64,000 bases of DNA, taken from positions 62,001 to 126,000 of the forward strand of contig OZ024740.1 of assembly GCA_964016885.1 (NCBI GenBank), read 5' to 3'. The notes under the pieces were generated by a model that had not been told where the DNA came from, did no database searches, and saw only the letters and a list, made by a program, of their open reading frames with translations. The stretch's first letter is position 1; each line of letters opens with the position of its first letter. The DNA comes from Eledone cirrhosa. Its lineage: Eukaryota. Below are positions 25,998 to 37,021 of this stretch, piece by piece. A program made the position numbers and the translations under genes.

Positions 25998-28452
25998 CCA
26001 ACCTTACCATAAACCTAACCAAAACTTACATTACATACACTCACAATCTAATCACCCTAAATCTATCCTTAAAAACCTAGCATATAATATCTCACACAGA
26101 ATTTGTAACCTTTCATCTAACCAGGATGTATTCGATAAAAATGCGACCTTTTATAACGAAGCTTTAGCTAGAAGTGGCCACAAAAACAAATTAGTATATA
26201 TTTTGTACCAATAATACTACAAACATACAACCCAATATTACCAACAAACACCAAATGAAATATACACACCTAAATGCCACTCACACTATACCCTAAAATA
26301 CCAAAATAAAACTTAATTTCTCTAACTCTTCTAATATACAATATAGTAACTTTCAAAAAACCATTCATCCTAATATTCCAATATATGTTAATAACAAAAT
26401 TCCTAATAATCAGGCTAAAACACCTAAATCAATAAATCTAACTAAAAATATGTGTAATAAAATCACTAATACTAATTCTCTTAATAAACATCAGGATACA
26501 TCCTATAAAAATAATAAACAACATCGAAACCGTAATAGACGAGTTACTTGGTATAATGCTCCATTTAATCTACAAATTAAAGATAATATACCTAAAAAAA
26601 TGTTTATTATCCTAGAGAAAAACTTCCCGCCAAACCATAAATACCATCAAATTTTAAATAGATCAACGGTTAAATTCTCCTACTCAACAACCAAAAATAT
26701 ACAACAAAATGTAAGTGCCTATAATGCATATAAATGTAAAAAAACCATGAATATACCACCAATACATCAAACTAACCATAATACTAAAATAAACCACAGC
26801 AAACCACCATCTCATTCACATACAACAAGTTGTGAAAATTCCACACCTAATTTGACTATCTCCTCTGATACAACATTCACAAAAGGTTGTAACTGTAGAA
26901 ACAAAGCAAATTACCCATTAAAAGGAAATTGCCTTATTAATAACATAGTATATAAATGTAAAATTACCACTAAGGACTCAACTTATTCATATATAGGAGC
27001 TACTTCTAATCAATTTAAAGTAAGATTTAATACCCACAAACACAGTTTTAAAAATGCCGCATTAGCTAATACAACATCCTTAGCTGAAATAATTTATAAT
27101 TATAGAAAAAGGAATATAGATTATAACCTGACCTGGAGTGTGCTCAAAAGGGCCACCCCTTATCAAAATAATAGATATGAATGTAGATTATGTTCCCAGG
27201 AACTTTTTGAAATAATGAAATCTAAGTATATCCTATTAAATAAGTGACAGGAATTAATTATATCATGTAATCATAAACTGAGAAGAACTTTTAAATATTA
27301 TAAACCTAATTAATATACACTTTACAAATTATTATAATAACACTTTTTTTAAATTAGTTAACCTATAATTAATATTCTTCTACTATTGAACTGCATAATT
27401 TTATTTCCCTTTTACAGCTATCTTTTCCTAAAATTTATACCAATAAGTATACATATAAACTATTTTAATTTTAGGTTATGAATACATTTACCCCCCCCCC
27501 CCCAATATTTATTATTATTATTTTTTTATTTTCCCTTCATTTTTAACAGCATTCTTCAATTACATCTAACTCTTATTTATCATATCTATATGAATTAATA
27601 TAAATTTATCAATATAAATATACCTATCAATTTAATTAATTTATTTTCTTTTTATAGATGTAAATTCTTTATGTTTTAAATAAGATTGATATTTTTCACT
27701 AACACATTTATCGTAAAATTTTATTCTCCTTAGATATTTACATTAGCATTATTCTTTTATAACATCAAATTTTCATGTACCTTTTACCGACTTGACCTAT
27801 TTTCATCCCCAAAATAATCTTTTCATTCAATATACTCTTTCCATTCAAAACTGAAATCTGCTTTCCTTCTACCCCTAAATTAAAGTTCCATTACTACTAT
27901 TCTACCATCTTGACCACTCACTACCTTTCTATTCGTCAATTCAAAACCTGTTCCCAAACAGACCTATTATATTAAATCTTTGTTGGTTTTTTTCAATAAA
28001 CAAATATCATTATTTCTGAAGACAGCATATATATGTGTAGGTATGTATATTCCCTCTGATAGTTTGTAAAAATTTTACATAGATCTATATGATATACATA
28101 CCAACACACACACATATATATATCCTAGAAACGATCGTAAAATGATGAATTTTTTAATATAAGGAACTGTTTCTTTGTTTTTATTCATTATTTTTATTAA
28201 TTTAGCTTGACTCTGTTTTCCTGTGTTTTTCATGGAAAAAAATGTTTGAATATGTTTTGTTTATACCATTACTTATTTGCATAGCGAACGTTTCCACGAA
28301 CCAAAGTATCGTCTTCCTGTCTTCCTCCGGTTGCAACGTTTTTTGAAATATCCACTTCTGCGTATACAGATTGACTTTGTTAGTTTCAGAAGATCCCGTT
28401 AAGGGTGAAAGCAGCGATTCTTTGCTTAAACTTTAATCTGTTATTTTAATAA
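25998..28452 (+). mobile_element. Penelope-like element, 5'-truncated: RT thumb, GIY-YIG endonuclease and 3' terminal region
   Basis: YHKPNQNLHYIHSQSNHP (PLE thumb), RNRNRRVTWYNAPF, CNC...PLKGNC, IVYKC...YIGAT...FKVRFNTHKHSF (GIY-YIG), CRLC; disrupted by stops; hammerhead-like motifs at 28007-28148 and 28382-28432. Confidence 0.88.
28007..28148 (+). ncRNA. Type I hammerhead ribozyme-like motif in the Penelope 3' region
   Basis: Stem I TCATTATTT/AAATGATGA, CTGAAGA (28016-22), long stem II, GAAAC-GATC-GTA (28128-39). Confidence 0.7.
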
Positions 28453-28473
28453 ATATATATATATATATATATC

Positions 28474-28945
28474 ACACTTACACCTCTCCAAGACAATGTC
28501 ACTGGACCGAGATCTTTGGCCCTACACAGTAATACAGAAGACCCGCCTTGCCTAAGTACAAAGCGAAACCTACAATCAGTAGGCACCTCTTAACCAAAAA
28601 TACACCCCATCCTCTACCCCCACCTCCATCTACACCACCCCTTTCTCTGTAAAGTTATGTTGGTACCACATCATCCAGTCCTAAATAAATGAGGTTGTGT
28701 AGGTGTCACAACAAAAAAAAAAAACATACTGTCCACGCTGTAATGTGGCCTTGTAGCTAACATGGTAAAAACCTCCCAGTCCACACTGTAAACGTGGTTG
28801 GTGTTAGGAAGGGCATCCAGCCATAGAAAACCTGCCAGACAGTCCTATATGAGCAAGACAACCAATCTCTCCTCAAGTGGGACAATTCCCGTCCAAACCC
28901 ATGCAAGCGTGGAAGATAGACGTTAAACGATGATGATGATGATGA
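28474..28945 (+). mobile_element. RTE family B-related 3' fragment, more diverged
   Basis: Encodes [15 protein letters not shown], followed by the family B 3' UTR and a (GAT)n tail. Confidence 0.88.
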
Positions 28946-31900
28946 TATCATCATCATCATCATCATCAACGTTTAACGTCTGTGTTCCACGCTTGCATGG
29001 GTTTGGACGGGGGTTTTCCCACTTGAGGCAAGAGTGATTGTCTTGCTCGCATAGGACTGTCTGGCTGGTTTTCTACAGTTGGATGCCCTTCCTAACACCA
29101 ACCACATTTACAGTGTGGGTCTGGGAGGTTTTTACTGTGTTGCCTACACGGCCACATTACAGCGTGGACTGTGTGTTTTTTTGTCGTGACACCTACACGA
29201 TCTCATTTGTTTCAGCCTGGATGGTGTGGCACCAACATAACTTTACATAGAAGGGGGCGGTGTGGATGGGGTGGGGGTGGTGGGACGGGGGTGTATTTTG
29301 TTAGAGATGCCTACTGACTGTAGTAGGTTTTACTTTGTATTTAGGTAAGGCGGGTCTTCTCTATTACTGAGTACCGCCAAAGGTCTCGGTCCAGTGACAT
29401 TGTCTTGGAGAGGTGTAAGTGTGTGAGGTCGGAGTTTGTCAGCTCGTCCCAGGTTTTTCTGGGTCTGCCTATTCCGTGGCTACCGTCTATCTTTATTGCC
29501 CTGCACTTTGTTATACAGCTATCGTCCTTCATGCGCATCACGTGACCATACCAACGTAGCCTTCTCTCTAGTAAACAACATCTGATCCCTCTTATTTCTA
29601 ATTTTTTCCTTAGTTCGTTTATGCTTTGTCGTTCACGTATATTACTATTACACATCCAGCGGAGCATGCAAGCTTCGTTTCTCTCTAGTCTGCGTATATC
29701 CTCTGCACACAATGCCCAGGTCTCACTGCCATGCAACATTGCTGTTCGTATGCAGGCATCGTACAGCCTGCCTTTCATTTTTAGGGAGAACCCTTTAGCG
29801 GCTAATAGTGGTATAAGCTCTCTGAACTTTTTCCACCCAGTTCTGACTCTAGCTACTGTACTTTCAGAGCACCCTCCCCCACTGCTGATTTTGTCACCCA
29901 GGTAACGGAAACTGTCCACTATTTCTATAGAACCCTCTGCGCAGTTGAAAGAGCTAGTATTTTGTGGGCACTTGCTGCTACTTATTGCCCCAGAACACCG
30001 GCCACATGTAAAATCTATGTTCTTAGTTAGCTTACCTGTGATCCCACTACATCTTTTATGCACCCAAACTTTGCATTTGGGACACAAAATGGAATTTCTA
30101 CCTACGCCTTTCCTACACACTGAGCATGGCCACTTCCCGGAGGGGACCGCCGCCTTATTTTCTTTCTTACAAACTAGAACTTTAGTCTTAGCCAGGTTAA
30201 TTTTAAGGCCTTTTGATTCTAGGCCGTGCTTCCATGTTTGGAATTTCTTCTCTAGCTCGGCCATGGATTCAGCTATGAGCGTTAGATCATCTGCGTATAG
30301 GAGTTCCCATGGGCAGCCGGTCTTGAACTCCACTGTTATAGCCTGGAGGGCAATAATAAATAGTAGGGGGCTAAGAACAGAGCCATGATGAACCCCAACT
30401 TTTACACTAAACTCTTCACTATATTCGTTGTTAATTCTAACCTTGCTGACTGTTTCTTTATACATGGCTTGTATAGCTCTCACAAGCCATTCATCAACAC
30501 CTAGTTTTCTAAGAGCCCACCAGATAATGGAACGGGGGACTCTGTCGAAGGCCTTCTCCAAGTCGACGAAAGCTAAGGGGTTTACTTTTAGCTAGGTACT
30601 TCTCCTGTAGTTGTCGTACAATGAAAAGAGCGTCTGTGGTACTTTTTCCTGACACAAACCCGAACTACATTTCATCTAGATCAATTCGCTCTCTGATTAG
30701 TTGCGCTATTACTTTTTCCGTGACCTTCATGACCTGGTCGATTAATTTAATGCCTCTATAGTTACTCCTATCTAGGGCATCTCCTTTTCCCTTATAACAG
30801 TTAACGATAATGCTGCTACGCCAGTCCTTCGGAACAACCCCATTCTGTACGACTTGGTTGACTATCCGGGTGACCATGGTGTGTCCCACCATACCAGATG
30901 CCTTCAGCATCTCGGCAACTATTTCCGAAGGCCCAGCCACCTTGCCTGTCTTCATATCTTTGATTGCCTTACTTATTATACTACCTTCGACTAACACTGC
31001 TGGTCCCTCTATTGGGTCGATGTGGGGGAGACTGTCTTTCTCCCATTTATTCTCCTCATTTCGTAGCCTTTCATAGTGACACTTCCAAGCTACCTTCTTA
31101 TCGGCGTCGGTGATGGCAAGTATGCCGTCATCGTTAAGTACACACTTCTCCCCGACAATATCACTGTTTTCCTTGACACATTGCCTAGCAATCCTGAACA
31201 CCTCACGTTTTTGGTCCTCACGTTGTAGAACATGCTTGAACTTTCTTTCCTCTGCTTCCCTTCTTGCAAAGTACACTTGTCTCCTAGCTTCCCTCCTGGC
31301 CACTTGATAGTCTTCTCTGCTTCCCCCATCCCGCCATACTTTCCAAGCCTGCTTTTTGGCCTTAATTGACCCCTCCACCTTACTGTTCCACCACCATGTT
31401 ACTCTCCTCCTGCCTACAGGCCTGCTCCAGCCACAGACTTCGTCTGCCGCCGTCAGCAGGTTTGCTTTCAGGAATTCCCACTGTTCCTCTACTTTGTACG
31501 TCTCTAATTGCTCTTCCTCACTGTCGAAAGCATCAAGTAATATGCTTTGGAATTTATTTTTGGCTGTGGGGTCCTTTAGCTTCCATATTTTTCTCCTGAG
31601 GATAGTCCTCTTCTGTTGTCTAGTCCGTCTCGTCCTGACTATTAGGTCGCTAATTATCAGTCTATGTTGGGAAGTGCATTCTTTATGGGGGAGGGATTTA
31701 GTGTTTACGACAGTCACTTTGTCACGTCTTCTGGTAAGGATATAATCTACCTGGCTAGTATGTTCCCCTGATCTGTAGGTGATCAAGTGATTGTCTCGTT
31801 TTTTGAAGTTAGTGTTGCAGATAGTTAGGTTATTTGCGTCGCAGAATTCCAGGATTCTGGAGCCTTCCTCATTTCTAGTACCAAACCCATAGCCTCCATG

Positions 31901-32860
31901 GATTTCGTCGTAGCCGTTACAATGTTGTCCAATGTGACCGTTTAGGTCGCCTGCAATAATTATATAGTCACTGTCGGTTATTTGGGAGGTAGTGAGCATC
32001 AGTGTCTCATAGAATCTGTCTTTTATAGTGCTGGACAGTCCGGATTGGGGTGCGTACGCGGATATTACTGTCACTGTAGTTCTATTGAGGGCAAGTCTTA
32101 TTTTAATTATTCTGTCGTTCACTCTATTTACGTCTATTATCTTATCTGCCCACTTTTCTGCTACCATGATTCCTACTCCACCCAGCCCATTGTCGTTTCC
32201 CACCCAGAAAAGCTTATAGCATCGTTTTCTACCCACAATGTATCTAGCAGATCCACCCCTCCACCTGGTCTCTTGAATACAACAAACATCGACCTCCTTA
32301 CGTTCAAGCATTTCTACAACCTCGTTAGAGCGACCCTTTAAGGTGCCTACATTCAAGGTACCAAATCTGAAGTTTTGGATTGCGTTTGGGGGGTTGGAAA
32401 GGTGGGGAGCGGGGGGAGATGGGGTTATGTTAGCCATCCGCGGCCGAAACAAAGAGGCATGCTCGCATTCTCGTCCACGAGGTGTGATTGTCTTTAACTT
32501 TGGCATTGTCGCTAAGCGTCCAGATTTTTCTCTCTTCAACTCTCCGGAACTCCGTAGTCCTTCCATCCTACATATCGAAGGCGACCAGGTAAGCGATAGT
32601 ATAGGCCTCTGGCTTATGATTGGTCCACGTAATAATAATGGTGGTGTGTGGGGGCGGGCGGGAGGGGTGTTGAGTTGTTAGCGAGAAGGATAGGTTTAAG
32701 TGAGAACCCCGTATTAACGAACAAAAATACAAGATTTGTTTAGTAAAATACGCCAAAAACTTCCGTATTTTTACAAGCATGACAGAAATACAAGAGATTT
32801 GTTTTGGAAAATACATGGGGAATGGAAAGAGGATAGAAAAAATGCTATATGTAAAAGGTA
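28946..32860 (-). mobile_element. RTE LINE family B, full length but inactivated (5' boundary approximate)
   Basis: ORFs 30665..32566 (APE and linker) and 29341..30561 (RT) are split by a CAG>TAG stop at 30665 and an indel near 30577-30590 relative to the 22158 copy. Confidence 0.93.
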
Positions 32861-33213
32861 AACGGATATAACAAAACAAACGATTCAATATATGGAAGGA
32901 ATATATTAGTTTTAACGCTTGTAATATCAGGAAGAGGATCTTAAAGTTTCAGACGAAAAAATTAATGTTTTTGAAGAAAGAATAAGAAATTAGAAAGATT
33001 GAGGAGATAGGCAGAACTGCCAAAAAAATAAGCTAAAAAATTTGGCTTAGGTACACCATATCTCTCTGTCATAAGAAGCAACTAGAAGGCTTACTGTCAG
33101 AAAGGAACTATAAAACATTGACTCAAAATGTCCCCTCTAATCCAGCCCAATATGGAAAAGTTGACTTAAAAACTATGATGTTGATATATAAACATTAATT
33201 TCTGATACACTAT

Positions 33214-33400
33214 TGGCTGTGGATTGGCAGTATCGGTAGAGGGTCGGACGCCATGCTTTGACGCATAGAGTTACGGCCCTTGCCATTATGAGTTCAAATC
33301 CTGCCGAGGTTAACTTTGTCTTTCATCCTTATAGGGTCGATAAAATAAAGTACCAGTAATACATTGGTTAATTGCTGGCCTTGTGCCAAAAGTAGAAACA
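33214..33400 (+). mobile_element. tRNA-derived SINE (family S1) with a 20-bp target-site duplication
   Basis: B-box GAGTTCAAATCC; body CTTTCATCC..GGGTCGATAAAATAAAGTACCAGT; TSD ATTAATTTCTGATACACTAT at 33194-33213 and 33401-33420. Confidence 0.85.
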
Positions 33401-33450
33401 ATTAATTTCTGATACACTATAAATATTAAATTTGTTTCATCTCTTAACAG

Positions 33451-33524
33451 CTAGAGAGTGTGAGATTGTTTCTGGTTCTGTTGACAAAACAGTCATTGTA
33501 TGGACTCTTGGAGACAATAATCAG
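33451..33524 (+). CDS. ELP2: Elongator complex protein 2, first internal exon in the window
   Basis: AG/GT flanks; RECEIVSGSVDKTVIVWTLGDNNQ (WD40 repeat, corresponds to human ELVSGGSDNQVIHW as recalled). Confidence 0.85.
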
Positions 33525-33703
33525 GTAACTGTCATCTCTTTTTTTTTCTACATTTCTCTCTAAAATCTTTAATACTTAAATCATTCTCCTAACTGAAAAA
33601 TCTCTCTGCTAATCATCCATTCTTCTAATCTCTTACCTTCTTTTTAAGACTCCTCAGGGTATGCGCTATAATTCCCACAGTAACACCTGGGAATCCTGTA
33701 GGA

Positions 33704-33870
33704 CAGTGGTTCCCAAAGTTGGTTCCGCAAACGAGTGTCTGGGATTCTGTGAAAAAAGGTAGAGGAGTATATTTATATTACTACCATATAACAGTATTAG
33801 ACTTTGGGGTTGCCCCAAAAGTTTCCAAACCAAAAAGGGTCCTGCATTTGAAAAGGTTTGGGAAACCCTG
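33704..33870. mobile_element. hAT/Charlie-type MITE
   Basis: Termini CAGTGGTTCCCAAA...TTTGGGAAACCCTG; 8-bp TSD CTGTAGGA/CTCTAGGA. Confidence 0.75.
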
Positions 33871-34234
33871 CTCTAGGACATGCTCTGAATAGAAAACACC
33901 TGAGTGAATTTCACCATAACAATTAACTATAGTTCATGTCGAGCTTTAATATGTTCTAATTAGATTCAACAGCTATACAGGCAGCCAAGATATTTGCCAT
34001 TATTTTTCTAAAAATGTTGATGAGAACAAAAGCATGATCAATGCAAATTAGAGTAGTTTTCAGCAAAGCTGAGACTGCACAGACCAAATCTTCACCTCTT
34101 TTGTGGAGTTTGCAAAAGTCTTTTATTCTGTCAATTTTGAGCCCTCATCATCAACTGACACCCTTCTTACTGTTAAATATACTCTTATCCTTGAAAACAT
34201 TAAATTTTTAATCCTGACCACAATTACATTCCAG

Positions 34235-34418
34235 CTCCAGTGCTGCCAAGTTTTAACTGGACATGATGGCGCTGTTACAGCTTTGGACAATATAGAAATT
34301 AAAGATTTGGATATTGAACTAAAATCAGAAGCAACAGAATCTTCTACATATCATTCACTCATTGTAACCTCTTCTGTAGATTCCACAGTTAAAGTATGGC
34401 ACCGCAATAATTCTGAAG
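34235..34418 (+). CDS. ELP2: ELP2 exon
   Basis: AG/GT flanks, phase-consistent; LQCCQVLTGHDGAVTAL...LIVTSSVDSTVKVWHR. Confidence 0.9.
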
Positions 34419-34574
34419 GTAAGCACTTCTACTGTTTAACATCAATCTTCCCTGCTAGCAATTGCAAGGTTTAGATGGGTATTCACAGATCCAGTCAGTT
34501 CTCAAGTGAAGCTAAAGACCTCACTGATGGGCCGGGGATGCCTACTGCTCACTTACATATGTTTCTGTGTTCTA

Positions 34575-34942
34575 CAGCAGTCCCCAACCTTTTTGCACCA
34601 TGGACTAGTGTCATGCAAGACAATTTCTCCACAGACCTGGATGGGGTGGTATTGGTCATTATTATCGTTGTTTAACATCCATTTTCCATGCTTGCATGGG
34701 TTAGACGGGTCATCCACACCAAGAGACAAGTCTGGCCAGAATTGGCCGTGCCATACCTTGCTCAGAGGAGACGAGATTGGCCGAGATCTTTATAGCTGGA
34801 TGCCCTTCCTAACACCATATTTACAGTGTAAATAACGAAATACAATAAACAATAAAAGTACATATATAATTTTATTAATTTCTCATTCTTTCTATGTGGC
34901 CCTGTACTTAATGGTGCACTGCCTGGTGGTTGGAGACTGTTG
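34575..34942. mobile_element. MER1/Charlie-like hAT MITE interrupted by an RTE-type 3' tail fragment (about 34660-34830)
   Basis: Termini CAGCAGTCCCCAACC...GGTTGGAGACTGTTG; inner CATGGGTTAGACGGG and GCTGGATGCCCTTCCTAACACC match the RTE 3' UTR. Confidence 0.6.
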
Positions 34943-35715
34943 CTCTACTCATTACATTTTATCATGGCACCAACACTAGGGACTTTGTCATGTCTTTCAC
35001 ACCACTGAAGAGTCCTTGTTATATTATTGTGGGTCACACATGTCCAGCTTTTGCTCACCTTCTCTGAAGTTCTATATCGGATGCTTTCATGGTAAGAGTA
35101 TTGGCCTATCATGTCATTATTTTTTCAGGTGACGGAATGGAAGTTGAACTCAGAACAGAAACTGCAATACATCTCATTGTTTGCTCTAACAATTTCATCA
35201 ATCCACGTCCTTTGGACTGCTACTTTATTTTTTACCCCTAATTTTTGTTCAAAGTCCCAACTGCAGTTTCGTCGATTCGTGTGCAGCTGAAGTACAGTTA
35301 AGAGCACTCAAAATTTTGAACACAGTGAGGGCAGAAGGCCAGAACAAACATTTGTTCTGGTTCTCTGTGTTCAAATCCCAGTACGGTCAACTTTGTCTGC
35401 AAGACAGCAAATTAGTAGAATTGCTAGATTAACTGCCTTACAGTATTTATCAATGAATCTATGTAGTAACTAGTTGCTTGTGAGAGGAACACAGATGTCC
35501 TGAGGGTGTAGACAAAGAACCAGGAGAGATTATTGGTCATTGTCATTGACACTGTCATTCTTGATTGTCTAAGACCCAGTCTACCGAGCTGCATGACCTA
35601 GTCTTCCTAGCTGTAACTAGGTACCACAGAATGTCAACTGACTGAGCCAACTGATGAAACCCATATTAGCAGGAACAGCAGAAGTAATATAATGATGGTG
35701 GTGTGTGTATGTAAA

Positions 35716-36561
35716 TTTATTTCAAACCCAAATTTCACACTAAAAGTTTTCTCCTTCAAAGTAATCCCCTGGAGTCTAATGCACTTTTCCATCCTTTTCT
35801 GCCACGCTTGCATGCACTCCTGGAAGGATTCTTCCGGGATCCTCCGCAGTTCCGTCGTCACAGCCTTTTTGATGTCGTCCACGTCCTCAAAACAGGTTCC
35901 CTCCGGGTCGTACTCGAAGATCCATGACTCATCACCGGTGATGACTGTCCCTAGCAAGTCTGGTTCAGTTTCAAGATGCTCAGGGATGTCTTGGCACACT
36001 TGCATGCGTCGACCCTTCTGGTCATCGTTCAGCAGTTTTGGCACCATCTTCGCGCAGACTTTCCGCATGTCCAAATCTTCAGTGAGAATCTTCCAGACGC
36101 TGTCCCAATTCATGCCCAGTTCATTTGCCATCAGTCGAACAGGTGGCCGCCGCTCGCTACGCACCATCTGCCTGACACGCTCAACGTTGACCTCAGTCCT
36201 GGTTGTTGAGGGCCTTCCGCTCCTGGGGGTCATCTTGCACCACTCAAAAACACGTGACCGTGACATCGTCTCATCTCCATACACTTGCTGCAGCAATCCA
36301 AGTGCTTCTCACGGAGTTTTTCCCAACCGTAGCAGAAACTTCAAGTTTGTCCGTTGCTCTGTGCTCATTGCTTGACGACCTGAAACAGAGGACATGTGTA
36401 TAAAATTATGAAGAAAAAAGTTTGATTGCTGCAGAGAGCTAAGATTACAGTTACATACTCTAGGGGGATTACTTTGAAGGAGAAAATTCTTAGTGTGAAG
36501 TTTGGGTTTGAAATAAATCTTTTGTGACATCAGTCCTGGAACTTTTCTGACACACCTCGTA
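35716..36561 (-). mobile_element. Mariner (Tc1/mariner) element, internally deleted, one end truncated
   Basis: VYGDETMSRSRVFEW, PRSGRPST, VCAKMVPKLL, ITGDESWIFEYDPE joined directly to the C-terminal helix region; terminus TACGAGGTGTGTCAGAAAAGTTCC; 35716-35776 is inverted relative to 36457-36518. Confidence 0.88.
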
Positions 36562-36718
36562 TGTGTCTATGTATGTCAATATATCTATGTGGGTATGTGT
36601 GTGTCTATATATATATGTGCCTGTGTATTGTACAATATATATTTGAATGTGTTGTACACATATATATATATGTGTTGTACACATATATGTATACATTTCC
36701 CTTTAATTTCTTCCTCAG

Positions 36719-36799
36719 AATTTCAAGACATTCAAACAATATCATTTGGAACTGGGTTTGTCCTTGACCTTGCTCTAGTTTCACCTGTAACTTCTTCAG
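36719..36799 (+). CDS. ELP2: ELP2 exon
   Basis: AG/GT flanks; EFQDIQTISFGTGFVLDLALVSPVTSS. Confidence 0.88.
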
Positions 36800-37021
36800 G
36801 TAAGTGATTCTTATCTCTTCTTACTGTACTTGTCTTTAATAACCCAAGTAGTTACAATTTGGGGTTCATGATTGTAAGGTCATTGGTTTGATTCCCAGAT
36901 CAAGTGGCAGTTTTTGACCTAGTAACTGGAGCTGACATCCTATCTAGGTGGGGAAGTCTTGGTAGATTTGTCTTTCATTCATGACACACCTGGCAATGAG
37001 AGCTGGCATCTTATCTAAGAT

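Noticed and set aside
27245-27247. TGA in the Penelope ORF as selenocysteine recoding
   Set aside because: It falls in LLNK-stop-QEL where Arg is expected, not Cys, so CGA>TGA decay is more likely; the element has other stops and I saw no SECIS.
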